A stretch of 64,000 nucleotides of DNA from Octopus sinensis. Lineage: Eukaryota. Each line of letters begins with the position of its first letter. Position 1 is the stretch's first letter. The notes under the pieces were generated by a model. It ran no database searches, was not told the DNA's origin, and worked only from the letters and a program-made list of their open reading frames with translations. Where the stretch lies: the NCBI RefSeq assembly GCF_006345805.1, contig NC_043010.1, forward strand, positions 36,518,001-36,582,000, read 5' to 3'. Positions 14,554 through 25,704 of the stretch are shown one piece after another. The position numbers and the translations under genes were made by a program.

Positions 14554-14570
14554 GATAGATAATTAGAATA
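13305..14570. repeat. (GATA)n/(GACA)n tetranucleotide arrays (two blocks)
   Basis: Directly visible; source of the SIYL-repeat ORFs. Confidence 0.95.
13932..13961 (+). promoter_or_regulatory. Candidate RFX X-box + CRE-like composite site
   Basis: GTTACCATGACAAC fits the X-box consensus GTHNYYATRRNAAC, followed after 6 bp by TACGTCA and then ATC. The same layout recurs at 21203-21232. Confidence 0.35.
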
Positions 14571-14983
14571 ATGGACAGAAATATTGACAAAAGACATTAC
14601 ATTATAGAAAAGACCGAGAGAAAGAAAGAGTAGAGATAGAAAGAGATGGTGAAAAAGAGACAGACAGATAGAGAGAGACAGAGAGAGGGAAAGAGACTAG
14701 CGAAGGTGAGAAAAATATATAGACAACTATTTAAAACATACGATATGATATATCCTTGGCTGGGTGTATTTACCTCACAAGTGAATAAAGAAACGTGATT
14801 TACATGCTAATTATACAGCAATAAACACTTCTTAGCAAGGATGTTTGTCTGGAGTAGTCGTCTAACGTCCTCCTACGCACAACTCAAACAGCTTTCATTA
14901 TTACACACATACACATAAATATATGCATGCATATTACACACACACACACACAACACACACACACACATACATGCATTTATATA

Positions 14984-15369
14984 TCTCTCTCTATATATAA
15001 ACGGCAGTTTGTCTGTCTGCGTGTCTGTGTGTCTGTTACGTTGTACCCTCACCCTGACCACGGCTTTCAACCGATTCTGATGAAACTTGACACACACATA
15101 GCCCAATGTCATAATTCAAAACTAACGCAGCGAAAATTTTGAAAAGTTCCCCCAGTTTTGAAAAAAATCGATAAATTCGACATGGGGTCGAGAATCAGAA
15201 ACACAAACCACAGACTGTCTAGGGGCGCAACTCAACCTTTTTAACTCTCAAAAAAAATTTACCATCATTTTTTTTTCCATTTTTTTGCTATTTTTTGGCT
15301 ATAACTCTCTAAAAATGCTTTATAGTTATTTCCCTTACAAACCCGAGCAACGCCGGGCGATACTGCTAG
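14984..15369 (+). mobile_element. Non-autonomous Helitron (~386 bp)
   Basis: 5' end A|TCTCTCTCTATATATAA; internal (GTCT)n and GATTCTGATGAAACTT; 3' hairpin CCCGAGCAACGCCGGG followed by CTAG|T. These are canonical Helitron termini inserted between A and T. Confidence 0.85.
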
Positions 15370-15590
15370 TATATATATAAATGCATATGTATAAATGCAA
15401 ATGTGTGTATAATGGTGCAAAAGAGAGGAGTGAAACTAGAAGCTAGGAGATGAGATGAGGAGCAGTGGTTTGGCCTCTCTGGTGACAGCAAGATTCGATG
15501 GAAGGTGATTTTGAGGACTTTACCCTAGCGGTCTTCTCAAGAATAACTGGGTAAAGATGAGATGGAATGTAAAGGTGTGTATACTATAAA

Positions 15591-16138
15591 TCGTGCCGAT
15601 TTATTATAGCTTACCTTTCGACTTAATTTAGAACATGGTTGAGACCATAAAATAGGATTTGACTACACCTCCATTAAGAGCACAGTTTAAGCTATCTTTT
15701 CGTGGAAGAAGGTTTATGTTCCTATAACTTGTGTTAATTCTGTAACCCTTTAAAATGGAAGATAAGAAAGTTCATTTTCGGCGTTTGATGTTTTGGGAAC
15801 CAGACAAAAATTGCTGAAGCTCGGCTTGGATGTGTTCCCCCACCCTGCATATTCACCAGATATTTCTCCTTCGGATTCCCACTTGTTCAGGTCTTTGCAG
15901 AATAGTCTTAATGGTAAAAATTTCAATTCCTTGGATGACGTAAAAAGATACCTTGATAAATACTTTGCCATGAAACCACCTCATTTCTGGGAAGAGGGTA
16001 TTTTCAAGTTAAAAGAAAGAAGGAAACGCATTGTACAACAAAATGGTTCATATTTGGCTGATTAAAAATGTAATGGCAAGTATTTATTGACCTTTTTCTT
16101 TCCTTTAAAAATCGGCACGAACTTTCCGGACAACCCAA
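15591..16138 (+). mobile_element. Internally deleted mariner (DD34D-type) element
   Basis: MEDKKVHFRRLMF is joined directly to ..DVFPHPAYSPDISPSDSHLFRSLQNSL..NGSYLAD*. Right TIR AAAATCGGCACGAACTTTCCGGACAACCCAA+TA; partial left TIR TCGTGCCGATTT at 15591. Confidence 0.85.
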
Positions 16139-16141
16139 TAC

Positions 16142-16174
<33 letters not shown>

Positions 16175-16270
16175 GTATATACGCATGAAGATACCTGCAC
16201 CTTACAGCTTTTTCGCAGCGGATTGGATATACAACGTAATTTTCGTTACAAAAACAGCTTACGTCGCTAA

Positions 16271-17734
16271 TATACATACATATATACGACAGGCTTCTTT
16301 CAGTTTCCGTCTACCAAATCCACTCACAAGGCTTTGGTTGGCCCAAGGCTATAGTAGAAGACACTTGCTCAAGATGCCACGCAGTGGGACTGAACCTGGA
16401 ACCATATGGTTGGTAAGCAAGCTACTTACCACACAGCCACTCCTGCGCTGTGTGGTAAGTATTTCTCTAAAATAAGTATTTCTCTAAAATAAATTCACAA
16501 TATTTACGGCACACACACACACACGCACGCAGGCACACGCACGCAGGCACACACACACACTCACACACACATAGAAACACATCTACATGCATGCATACAC
16601 ACACATAGAAACATACCCACACACACACGCACACACGCGCAAATAAACACACAAACACATACGCAACATACGCACACACACATGCATGCACGCACGCATT
16701 TGTCTGTAACCAACCATGTGTGACACCAATGACGTTTTAGTCAGTCTTAAACTATATCGGTTTGAGGAGATACGCTCTAGCATGCGATGTTTGCGTACCT
16801 CTTGCTGACGTTGCGAAAAGATGCCGAAATCACGTGATACAATGGTCTCACCGGTCATGCCGACTATTATATCTGTAGCAAAGATTGTTTGCCAACATAA
16901 CATGGCAGTCCTGGTTTAGAACTAATGCTGCTGTAATTTAGCCCCAGGAGACATCGTCTCCAACTGGCTATACGACATGATCTGTGTCCTTATATTTTCG
17001 AACAAAGGAATCTAGCACCCCCCACTCAGCTCAAAACAATATCCGTGTATCGTGATTTCTGGGTTATTTCCCTTTATGCTGGGAAATAATTCAAGCTGGC
17101 AAACAGTCTTTACTACAAAATATTGTTGCTGAATAATATCTCACGTTGTGAGATTTAAAAGTGATAATTTTCTATATTATATCTGTTGAAATTATCTTTG
17201 CTCTTTAGCGCTATATGTCAATAAGATAATACTTTCTCAGAGCGATTGTTGCAGTTTAGGGGTTTCCACGACGCATCCAAGTTAAGCTGGGAGTGCAAAT
17301 AAGTGTGTGCGTGCGTGCATGCATGTGTGTGTGCGTATGTTGCGTATGTGTTTGTGTGTTTATTTGCGCGTGTGTGCGTGTGTGTGTGTATATGTTTCTA
17401 TGTGTGTGTATGCATGCATGTAGATGTGTTTCTATGTGTGTGTGAGTGTGTGTGTGTGCCTGCGTGCGTGTGCCTGCGTGCGTGTGTGTGTGTGTGCCGT
17501 AAATATTGTGAATTTATTTTAGAGAAATACTTATTTTAGAGAAATACTTACCACACAGCGCAGGAGTGGCTGTGCGGTAAGTAGCTTGCTTACCAACCAT
17601 ATGGTTCCGGGTTCAGTCCCACTGCGTAGCATCTTGGGCAAGTGTCTTCTACTATAGCCTTGGGCCAACCAAAGCCTTGTGAGTGGATTTGGTAGACGGA
17701 AACTGAAAGAAGCCTGTCGTATATATGTATGTAT
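16271..17734. repeat. Inverted duplication: arms 16271-16698 and 17308-17734, 609-bp spacer
   Basis: The arms match almost base for base (~97-98% by eye), including an irregular CA/GC microsatellite mosaic and a SINE head. Confidence 0.95.
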
Positions 17735-17960
17735 ATATATATGTGTTTGTGTGTATGTTTGTGTGTCTGTGTTTCTCCCCCTAGCATTGCTTGACAACCG
17801 ATGCTGGTGTGTTTACGTGTCCGTCACTTAGAGGTTCGGCAAAAGAGACCGATAGAATAAGTACTAGGCTTACAAAGAATAAGTCCTGGGGTCGATTTGC
17901 TCGACTAAAGGCGGTGCTCCAGCATGGCCGCAGTCAAATGACTGAAACAAGTAAAAGAGT
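17562..17960 (+). mobile_element. Full-length major tRNA-derived SINE with a CORE-like centre
   Basis: Head GTGGCTGTGCGGTAAGTAGC..GGTTCAGTCCC; centre CTTGGGCAAGTGTCTTCTACTATAGCC; internal (TA/TG)n; tail ending GACTGAAACAAGTAAAAGAG. Further copies at 23690, 27236, 39275, 45055, 48678 and 57365. Confidence 0.9.
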
Positions 17961-18391
17961 AAACCATTTATTTTTCAGTACCATATTTTGGAATTACCCT
18001 ATTGCTCTATAATATATAGATCAATAGCAAGCAACACTAATGCAGGAACTGAATGAATGATTAAATACACTACGCAACCCAGTCTGGACGTATGCACTGC
18101 CAGCATTTTGAAGAATATAATTTCGTCGACGGAAAATTTCTTCATATTCTTGCACTTCCGTAGGGGTTTGAACTAAGAGTATAAAGAACCAGACGAAATG
18201 CTGTCAAGCAGCTATTCTGCCAGCTTACCACATTGGTGGGGTCGATATATTGCACCATACCGGCAGAGAGTTGCTCCAGCATGTCACAAACCCAATGACT
18301 GAACCAGTAACACACATAAACACGAACACACACACACATGTTCTAGTCTTGCATACACACACGCGCATATGTACATATATATATATATAAT

Positions 18392-18429
<38 letters not shown>

Positions 18430-18753
18430 TCTTTCTTGTCTCCTTTCAATTGATCATTCTTCCCAAACCTTCTAGCAGTTCAAAACAACTGAATATTCTG
18501 AATATTCTTCAGTCAGTGATAAACTCTACTACCTTAATGTTCTTAAAATTTAAATCGACATCTTTGTCTATATATCTACCTTCTCTATAATGTTATCACT
18601 TGATAAGAAAATTATGTATTAATGGAAAACCTCTATTAATGGCTGATGATTGCTCAACATTTTAAAACTGTTGTAATACTTACAACATTTAATAAAATGA
18701 TGTAGCATGAAACGATCGTACGAAATTACCGAAGTTATTCTTGTTGCTTATTT

Positions 18754-18799
<46 letters not shown>

Positions 18800-18861
18800 T
18801 ATAATATCATAAATAAATAAATAAATGAAAGAATGGAGTCGAACGACGATTTAACAAAATT

Positions 18862-18955
18862 CCTTTATTCTCGACATATGTTTCGAAGACTGCATATTCT
18901 TAATTCCGAAGGAATAAAGGGTGCATCATGCCGCCTTCTCATCAGGAAAGACAAG
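18862..18955 (-). ncRNA. Type I hammerhead ribozyme motif in the sense pLTR
   Basis: Minus strand: CUGAUGA (18945-18939), GAAG...CUUC stem II with a long insert, GAAAC AUAU GUC (palindromic stem III ACAUAUGU), stem I UUUC/GAGA plus CCUU/AAGG. Confidence 0.8.
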
Positions 18956-19506
18956 GAACTTATGTCAGCATCATGATGAACAAAAACTTTTAGATGACTG
19001 CCCACATGTAGTCCATAGTGATAATGAGTGTTTCTTTAAAATATTCCGTTATAAGCAGTAACGTCAAAATTGGTTGGATGGAGAATATTCTAAAAAGTTC
19101 AAGAGTTCAAAAATGGTTGGAAGGGGAAAGTTCTAAGAATATGAAGGTGACAGAGTGCAAGTCGTATGTAATGGGTGCCTTGTTGTTTGCTTTGCTAAGG
19201 AGATTGAGTGCCTATGTGTGTGTATGTATATAACTGCATTCGTGTACATGTGTGTGTGTGTGTGTGCGTGATTGTGTGTGTGGGGGGATAAATGCCAAAT
19301 ACATCTAGTGGTGAAGTGACAGGTTTGTGTCTGTGTGTTTGATTGTGCTTATGATAGAGAGAGGGAGAGAGACAAAGGTAAAACATATCCCAACGAAATT
19401 TGGTAGTAGGCCTTCATGTAACGGAGTATAAAAAAAATTTGTCTATGGTGTTGTTGTAGAAGTGGAACCAAATTATTAAATCCAAGGAGGTTATCTATAT
19501 TAATCA

Positions 19507-19920
19507 TCATTCATATGAGTGGAAGGTGTGTTTCTGCCAGTGCATGCACCTATAGGATTTTTCTACCATTGTGTTTACCAAAGGGAATTTGGCGAAAAGT
19601 ATATAGAAAAGCTCGGAATTACAGACGCCACAATGTTTTCTGCCATTATCAAAAGGAAAGGATACAGACAATATGGACCATTCCAGCTTGAAAGTTATAT
19701 TGCTGTCCTTAAGACGCCAAACTAATTTACTTAGTCCTGTACTTTGTTGTTTCCTCTTATCTCGGAAAGTTGAATAATGATTGGAAATCCTCTGGGATAA
19801 TTTAGTAGTAGTCGCCCCAATATAGAAGAAGACACCGGTACCGGAAGAAATTTTACACTGGTAAATGGAATTTCTAATTTTGGAATTACTGGACAAGAAC
19901 TTTAATCCGTTAGGGTTTAC
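19507..19920 (-). pseudogene. Penelope-type GIY-YIG endonuclease domain (open frame, N-terminus and RT missing)
   Basis: SIYQCKISSGTGVFFYIG (GIY-YIG), QRISNH (conserved R and H), CGVCNSELFYI (CxxC and catalytic E), LVN (conserved N), RCMH. There is no in-frame ATG upstream; the listed start is a TTG in the inverted arm. Confidence 0.85.
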
Positions 19921-20406
19921 CTCCGTTACATGAAGGCCTACTACCAAATTTCGTTGGGATATGTTTTACCTTTGTCTCTCTCCCTATCCCCCTCTCTCTC
20001 CCTCTCTCTATCATAAGCACAATCAAACACACAGACACAAACCTGTCACTTCACCACTAGATGTATTTGGCATTTATCCCCCCACACACAATCACGCACA
20101 CACACACACACATGTACACGAATGCAGTTATATACATACACACACATAGGCACTCAATCTCCTTAGCAAAAGCAAACAACAATGCACCCATATACATACG
20201 ACTTGCACTCTGTCACCTTCATATTCTTAGAACTTTCCCCTTCCAACCATTTTTGAACTCTTGAACTTTTTAGAATATTCTCCATCCAACCAATTTTGAC
20301 GTTACTGCTTATAACGGAATATTTTAAAGAAACACTCATTATCACTATGGACTACGTGTGGGCAGTCATCTAAAAGTTTTTGTTCGTCATGATGCTGACA
20401 TAAGTT

Positions 20407-20499
20407 CCTTGTCTTTCCTGATGAGAAGGCGGCATGATGCACCCCTTATTCCTTCGGAATTAAGAATATGCACTCTTCGAAACATGTCGAGAATAAAGG
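20407..20499 (+). ncRNA. Type I hammerhead ribozyme motif in the inverted pLTR
   Basis: CTGATGA 20418-20424, GAAG/CTTC stem II, GAAA 20479-20482, C-AT-GTC with the cleavage triplet GTC at 20486-20488 (palindrome ACATGT). Confidence 0.8.
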
Positions 20500-20689
20500 A
20501 ATTTTGTTAAATCGTCGTTCGACTCCATTCTTTCATTTATTTATAGTAAAAAAAAACCACACAAATTTCCACACGAAAGCACGTGATTTCTGCCCTTGGC
20601 ATGTAGCTTCAACCGTGTTTTATGACGTAAATTTGCTACCCGGGTATCAGTTAACCGAATTATCCATACTAGGATAATTCACTCAACTA

Positions 20690-20732
<43 letters not shown>

Positions 20733-20788
20733 ATAATATACATATGTATGTATATACATACATGTACATATATATTTATATACATATA

Positions 20789-20823
<35 letters not shown>

Positions 20824-21202
20824 GTAAATATTTATATGTATATGTGTGTGCATATACGTACATTTGTACATGCACATATATATATATGTATATAATTATA
20901 TAAATGTACATACATATATATATATATGGATATGTGTATATGTGTATGTATTTATAAGCATATGTATGTGTATACACAAGTACATAAGTGCGGTCATTAA
21001 GACAGCGAATAGCAACTTTTGTGCCTATGTATATGCACATCAGGCATATACAAAGGCACAGATGTGTAAATATGTGTTTTTATATTTAAGGAGTTTGTTT
21101 TTGCTTGACGTTATTGTTGAATTTTTAAGAACATTCCAAGAAATGTACAAAATTAATATCCGTTGAGCTGAAAGGAAATAGATACAATGAAATTCTTGGC
21201 CC

Positions 21203-21232
21203 GTAACCATGACAACCTCACTTACGTCAATC
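21203..21232 (+). promoter_or_regulatory. Second candidate RFX X-box + CRE-like composite site
   Basis: GTAACCATGACAAC, 6-bp spacer, TACGTCA, ATC. Confidence 0.35.
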
Positions 21233-21534
21233 GCAACATACACTACCGCACACGTATTTTCGCAAAACCAACACTTATGTTGAATGGAGTAGTAAACGTA
21301 TCCAAGGGTGATATGAAAAAGACAGCGAGATAGAGAAGAAAAGAGAGAGATGGCCGGGGGGGGGAGAAATGAGAAAGAAAAAGAAAATAATGTCCAGTTT
21401 CACTATGTCTTTGTGTAACGGTCAGTATTGATTATAGAGGTTGTTTTTTCGTGTCTGAAGATAATAAGAAAGAGCGGCAAGCCCCCAAGGCTCTATGTGA
21501 ACTGATCCTCGACGTGGCAAGGCTTTTCTTAAAC

Positions 21535-22095
21535 CGCTTAGTAGTTTTAAAATGAAAGTCATTCTGCGCAATTGACCGTACTTTTTAGACTTGGAGATCC
21601 AGCGAAGACTTTATAGACATGGAGATCCAGCAAAAGGGTTCTGTAAGTTTTACATTGGCTGGAGGGATGGAGGCTCTACCTAGCGTGGAGTTGTCACAAG
21701 GGCATCAAATGTAAGGATGACATTCCAAAGGCCGGAGCCGTTTGAATGGGAAACGATGCCCCACCCACCATATTCGCCGGACATTGTCCCATCTGATTAT
21801 CTAATCCGTTTAGTAGTTTTAAAATGAAAGTCATTCTGCGCAATAAGGCCGTACTTTTTAGACTTGGAGATCCAGCGAAAGGACTCTGGCGACCAACATG
21901 CGGTAAGTTTTACATTGGCGTGGTATTCTACTTGGTGAATTGCCTCACAGAGCTGGAGAGCTCCACCTAGCCTGGGGTTGCCACAAGGGTGTCAAAAAGG
22001 GCACCGGGCCATCTGAGGGACCCCAATACTTGATTTGCTGTTGAGGTTGACTTTCCTGGCCTTTCTTTCCCAAAGTGAGGGTTTGTGCCTTGCGC
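21535..22095. repeat. Unclassified interspersed repeat, partially duplicated around a short mariner fragment
   Basis: TAGTAGTTTTAAAATGAAAGTCATTCTGCGCAAT..TTTAGACTTGGAGATCCAGCGAA occurs at ~21540 and ~21810. Between them, ~21722-21800 translates to FEWETMPHPPYSPDIVPSDY (mariner motif). A third copy of the repeat lies at 25705-25960. Confidence 0.75.
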
Positions 22096-22097
22096 AT

Positions 22098-22344
22098 CAT
22101 GGCTGTGTGGGAAGAAGTTTGCTTCCCAACCGCATGGGTCCAGGTTCACTCTCAACGCGTGCAATCTTGGATAAAGTGCCTTCTAGATCCACGGCTCCAC
22201 CAAAGCTTTGTGAGTGAATTTGGTAGACGGAAACTGAAAGAAGCGTATCGTGTATGTATGTATGTATGTACGTATGTATGTATGTATGTATGTATGTATG
22301 TATGTATGTATGTACGTACGTACGTACGTATGTATGTATGTATG

Positions 22345-22376
<32 letters not shown>

Positions 22377-22665
22377 CATGTATGTATGTATGTATGTATG
22401 TATGTATGTATGTATGTATGTATGTATGTATGTGTGCGTTCCTGTACGCGTTCGTGTGTCTTTGTGTCTGTGTTATACCCCACCATCTCTTGACAGCGGA
22501 TGTTAGTGTGTTTACATCACCGTAACCTAGCGATCCGACAAATCTGACCTATAGAATAAGTACTAGGTTTAAAAAACAAAAATATAAAGTTCTGGGATCA
22601 ATTCATTCGACTATAACTCTCTTCAGTACGGTGACCCAGCATGGCCGCAGTCTAATGACTCATAT
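22098..22665 (+). mobile_element. Major SINE copy with an expanded internal (TATG)n
   Basis: Diverged head at 22098-22250, (TATG)n at 22250-22432, tail to ~22665. Confidence 0.8.
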
Positions 22666-22739
22666 ACTAATTAACTCATAGCTGCGATCCTGACAGAATA
22701 CTCTAACAATACTTGCTTCACTTTATTGCTTCTTTACTC

Positions 22740-23040
22740 CTCGGAATTGACCGGGCTCTTACCATCGTCTCTCCTAGTCCTGTGATTCACCTCACCTCGT
22801 TCAGTCACCTTAGTTGTTCCTAATCACTAGCCGGGTTCGACACTATTTTGTACTCTCAGATCCCCCACCTGGAATATCTACCCTCTGGAAATCTCCACCC
22901 AGCGTCCTGCTCAGGTCTTATTTTGCGGAGGTTTACTTGCAAAGAGTCAAGAACATCAATGTTATCAGCATTTCCAGTCTAGAGGAGCCTGCATTGGTAA
23001 TGGGCGAAGATCTTTCCTCCAGGCCCAGCGAGTTAAAGTC
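22740..23040 (+). mobile_element. Probable decayed CR1/L2/Jockey-group LINE 3' end
   Basis: Translation STLWKSPPSV...LQRVKNINVI resembles the terminal (FFPR)TSxLWNSLP..LQxFKxNIN motif. Confidence 0.4.
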
Positions 23041-23153
23041 AGTTTTTTACAATCATACACTGACTCACATTTTAGGAAGTCACACACATATGCGTGTACA
23101 CACATATGTGTGTACACACCAGCACACACATACGTGTATGTATGTATGTTTAT

Positions 23154-23190
<37 letters not shown>

Positions 23191-23242
23191 CATCTATATA
23201 TATATATATATATACACGTATATATATATAATATATATACAT

Positions 23243-23492
23243 TAGAGAAAAACACTCTTATGCAATTCAAACAATGATAGACATAAACCAAATCATAAAT
23301 AAAAAATAAAATATATTTTAAAACATATAACTAGATCACAAAAAGTACAAAACTGAATAAACAATATATAATAAGTAAAAAGACTACGTACGTTTCATGG
23401 CTATAGTTATAAGTTTTAAAATATATTATATTTATTTATGAGTTGGTTTATGTCTATCATTGTTTGAATTGGATAATAGTGGTTTTTCTCTA
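23243..23492. repeat. AT-rich imperfect inverted repeat (arms 23243-23334 and 23401-23492)
   Basis: Arms are ~85-90% complementary by eye. The spacer carries GAAACGTACGTA on the minus strand. Confidence 0.85.
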
Positions 23493-23577
23493 GGTTATAT
23501 ACATTATATATTTATATTGTGAAATTTAATTTAATACTAAATTGAATTTTTCCCTGTAAGTTTGGAGTTATACTCCC

Positions 23578-23650
<73 letters not shown>

Positions 23651-24800
23651 TATATATATATATACATACATATATGTGCACGGACATTACTGCGTGATTA
23701 TGAAGCTTGCTTTGCAACCATCCAGTTTCGGGTTCAACCCCACTGCAAGCATCGTGGGCAAGTTTTTTATTTACTAAAGCCACGGGACTGAACGGTATTT
23801 TATCAGTGAATTTGTTAGACGAATATTAATTTTATACATTCCCAGAAATGTTCTCTTTTAAAATTCAGCAATAACAGTGTGATATTCTAGGCAAAATGGT
23901 AATAATTTAATATATACATACACACACATTTACGCATTTGTGCTTGATTCTGTATATATGAAAATATATATATATATAAATTAGCAAAAAAAACACCTTT
24001 TATGAATTCAATAATGAAAAATTAAATTATACCAACTAGTAAAATTACATCGTATAGAAAGATTAAATATAAGATAAAACATATAACAATGATTAAGTAA
24101 TGTGCAAAATAATAAATAAAACGTATATATATATGTGTGTGTGTGTGTACATGGGTGTATGTAAATGAATGCTGGTGGCTGGAATGGATAAAATAAGGTG
24201 ACGCTCAGTAAACTGGCACCTTATTTTATCGACCTCGGAAGAATTAAAACCGAAGTCAGCCTTAATGCAACTTGAACCGGAATCACATTCTCAGACGAAA
24301 ATATCGTAAGAATTTTTATCTGGTTCTATACCAATTCATCCATTGGCTGTACTTAGAGAATTTTAACTCAACAGAACAGTACTTGTTTGACTTATCACTA
24401 AAGTATTTGGATATTTTGTTCTCACTAAGTGGACGTACAGGTCTGACAAGTCCAGCATCATAAGTTCAACCCGTTTCAGATTGCATTCAGTTTTGTTTCC
24501 GCCTTAATCCCCATTATTTTCTTTTAATCGGATTAATTATAGGTGAGAACAATATCCTGAAGGTATATCTATTTCTTGTTTCCTTCACTGAAGTAGACTT
24601 CAATATAATTCAAACTAAAGTTTACTATAAGATGTACCCAAATATTTTAACCATCGCTAAAGGCTGGATAATAAATATGTCAAATGTTTACGACTGTGTT
24701 ATGTATATGCAGGAAATTTAATAAATTCATTTAATTTACTTATGTTGATATGACTAAAATCTTTGGGTATAACTCAGTAAAATTTAATATTATTTTTTTT

Positions 24801-25107
24801 ATGCGCCCTTTCCAAGCCTAGCCAGGCTCATGGGCCCGGTTTCCCGGTTTCTGTGGCGTATGTGTTGCCCCACCTCCAGCTGGAAGGGACGCCAGTCCAT
24901 CGCAGCGTTTCTCAAGAAACAGGAAGAAAGAGTGAGAGAAAGTTGGGGTGAAAGAGTACAACAGAGGTCATCACCAGCCCCTGTCGGAGCATCGTGGAGC
25001 TTTAGGTGTTTTCGCTCATTAAACACACACCGGCCGGTCTGGGAATCGAAACCGCGATCCTCCGACCGCGTGTCCGCTGCCCTAACCACTGGGCCATTGC
25101 GCCTCCA
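24801..25107 (-). mobile_element. tRNA-derived SINE (body X + tail B)
   Basis: Head and body as in 1286-1675; the tail (..GAAACCGGGAAACCGGGCCCATGAGC..AAGGGCGCAT on -) is shared with 37567-37815. Confidence 0.85.
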
Positions 25108-25704
25108 AAATTTAATACGAAAAGCAAATACTGCTAACGCGGTAGTAGTGTTGATAACAATTTTAGAAGGAAAATTATATAAACACATCACATTGCATAG
25201 AGGTGAATGAAAATCAGATAGAGTAAAATCCAGTGACTGTAAAATCCATCTGACGGTTGTCAGATATTAACATTCTCCCTTGAGTTTATAGCACCCGAAT
25301 AAATTTACTACAAATATCAGTATTAGATATTATAAATGTTATTGTGTTGTCTTATGACGTGTTGAATATATTTATGTCCAGGGTGTGACTTTAAATTGCA
25401 TCCGATAGTGGGGCTCTAGTTCGGAAATTTAAGGGTTTTGAGGGTTGTGGAACCAACTCTTAGCCACTAAGACTCGGAATGTATCAAGATCCTATCTACG
25501 GGTTAATTAGCATATTAGGGCTTGCTACTTATGTATGTGAAGACCGGATCTGGCAGACTCTGCAGAAGAAACTTTCATGGTCCAACAGATGGGAAGACAG
25601 CTGCAACAATGCACAATGCAGAGAGACAAATGAAGCAAGTAAAACATCTCGGGCATCTACTGGATCCGTCTTAACAGTCATCTTAACCTGATCTTGCCAC
25701 TCTT

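Larger units (their letters stand above)
18817..20544 (-). mobile_element. 5'-truncated Penelope-like element with inverted pseudo-LTR arms
   Basis: Near-identical inverted arms 18817-19426 and 19921-20544 enclose a 494-bp spacer encoding a GIY-YIG endonuclease. Each arm contains a hammerhead core. Confidence 0.88.
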
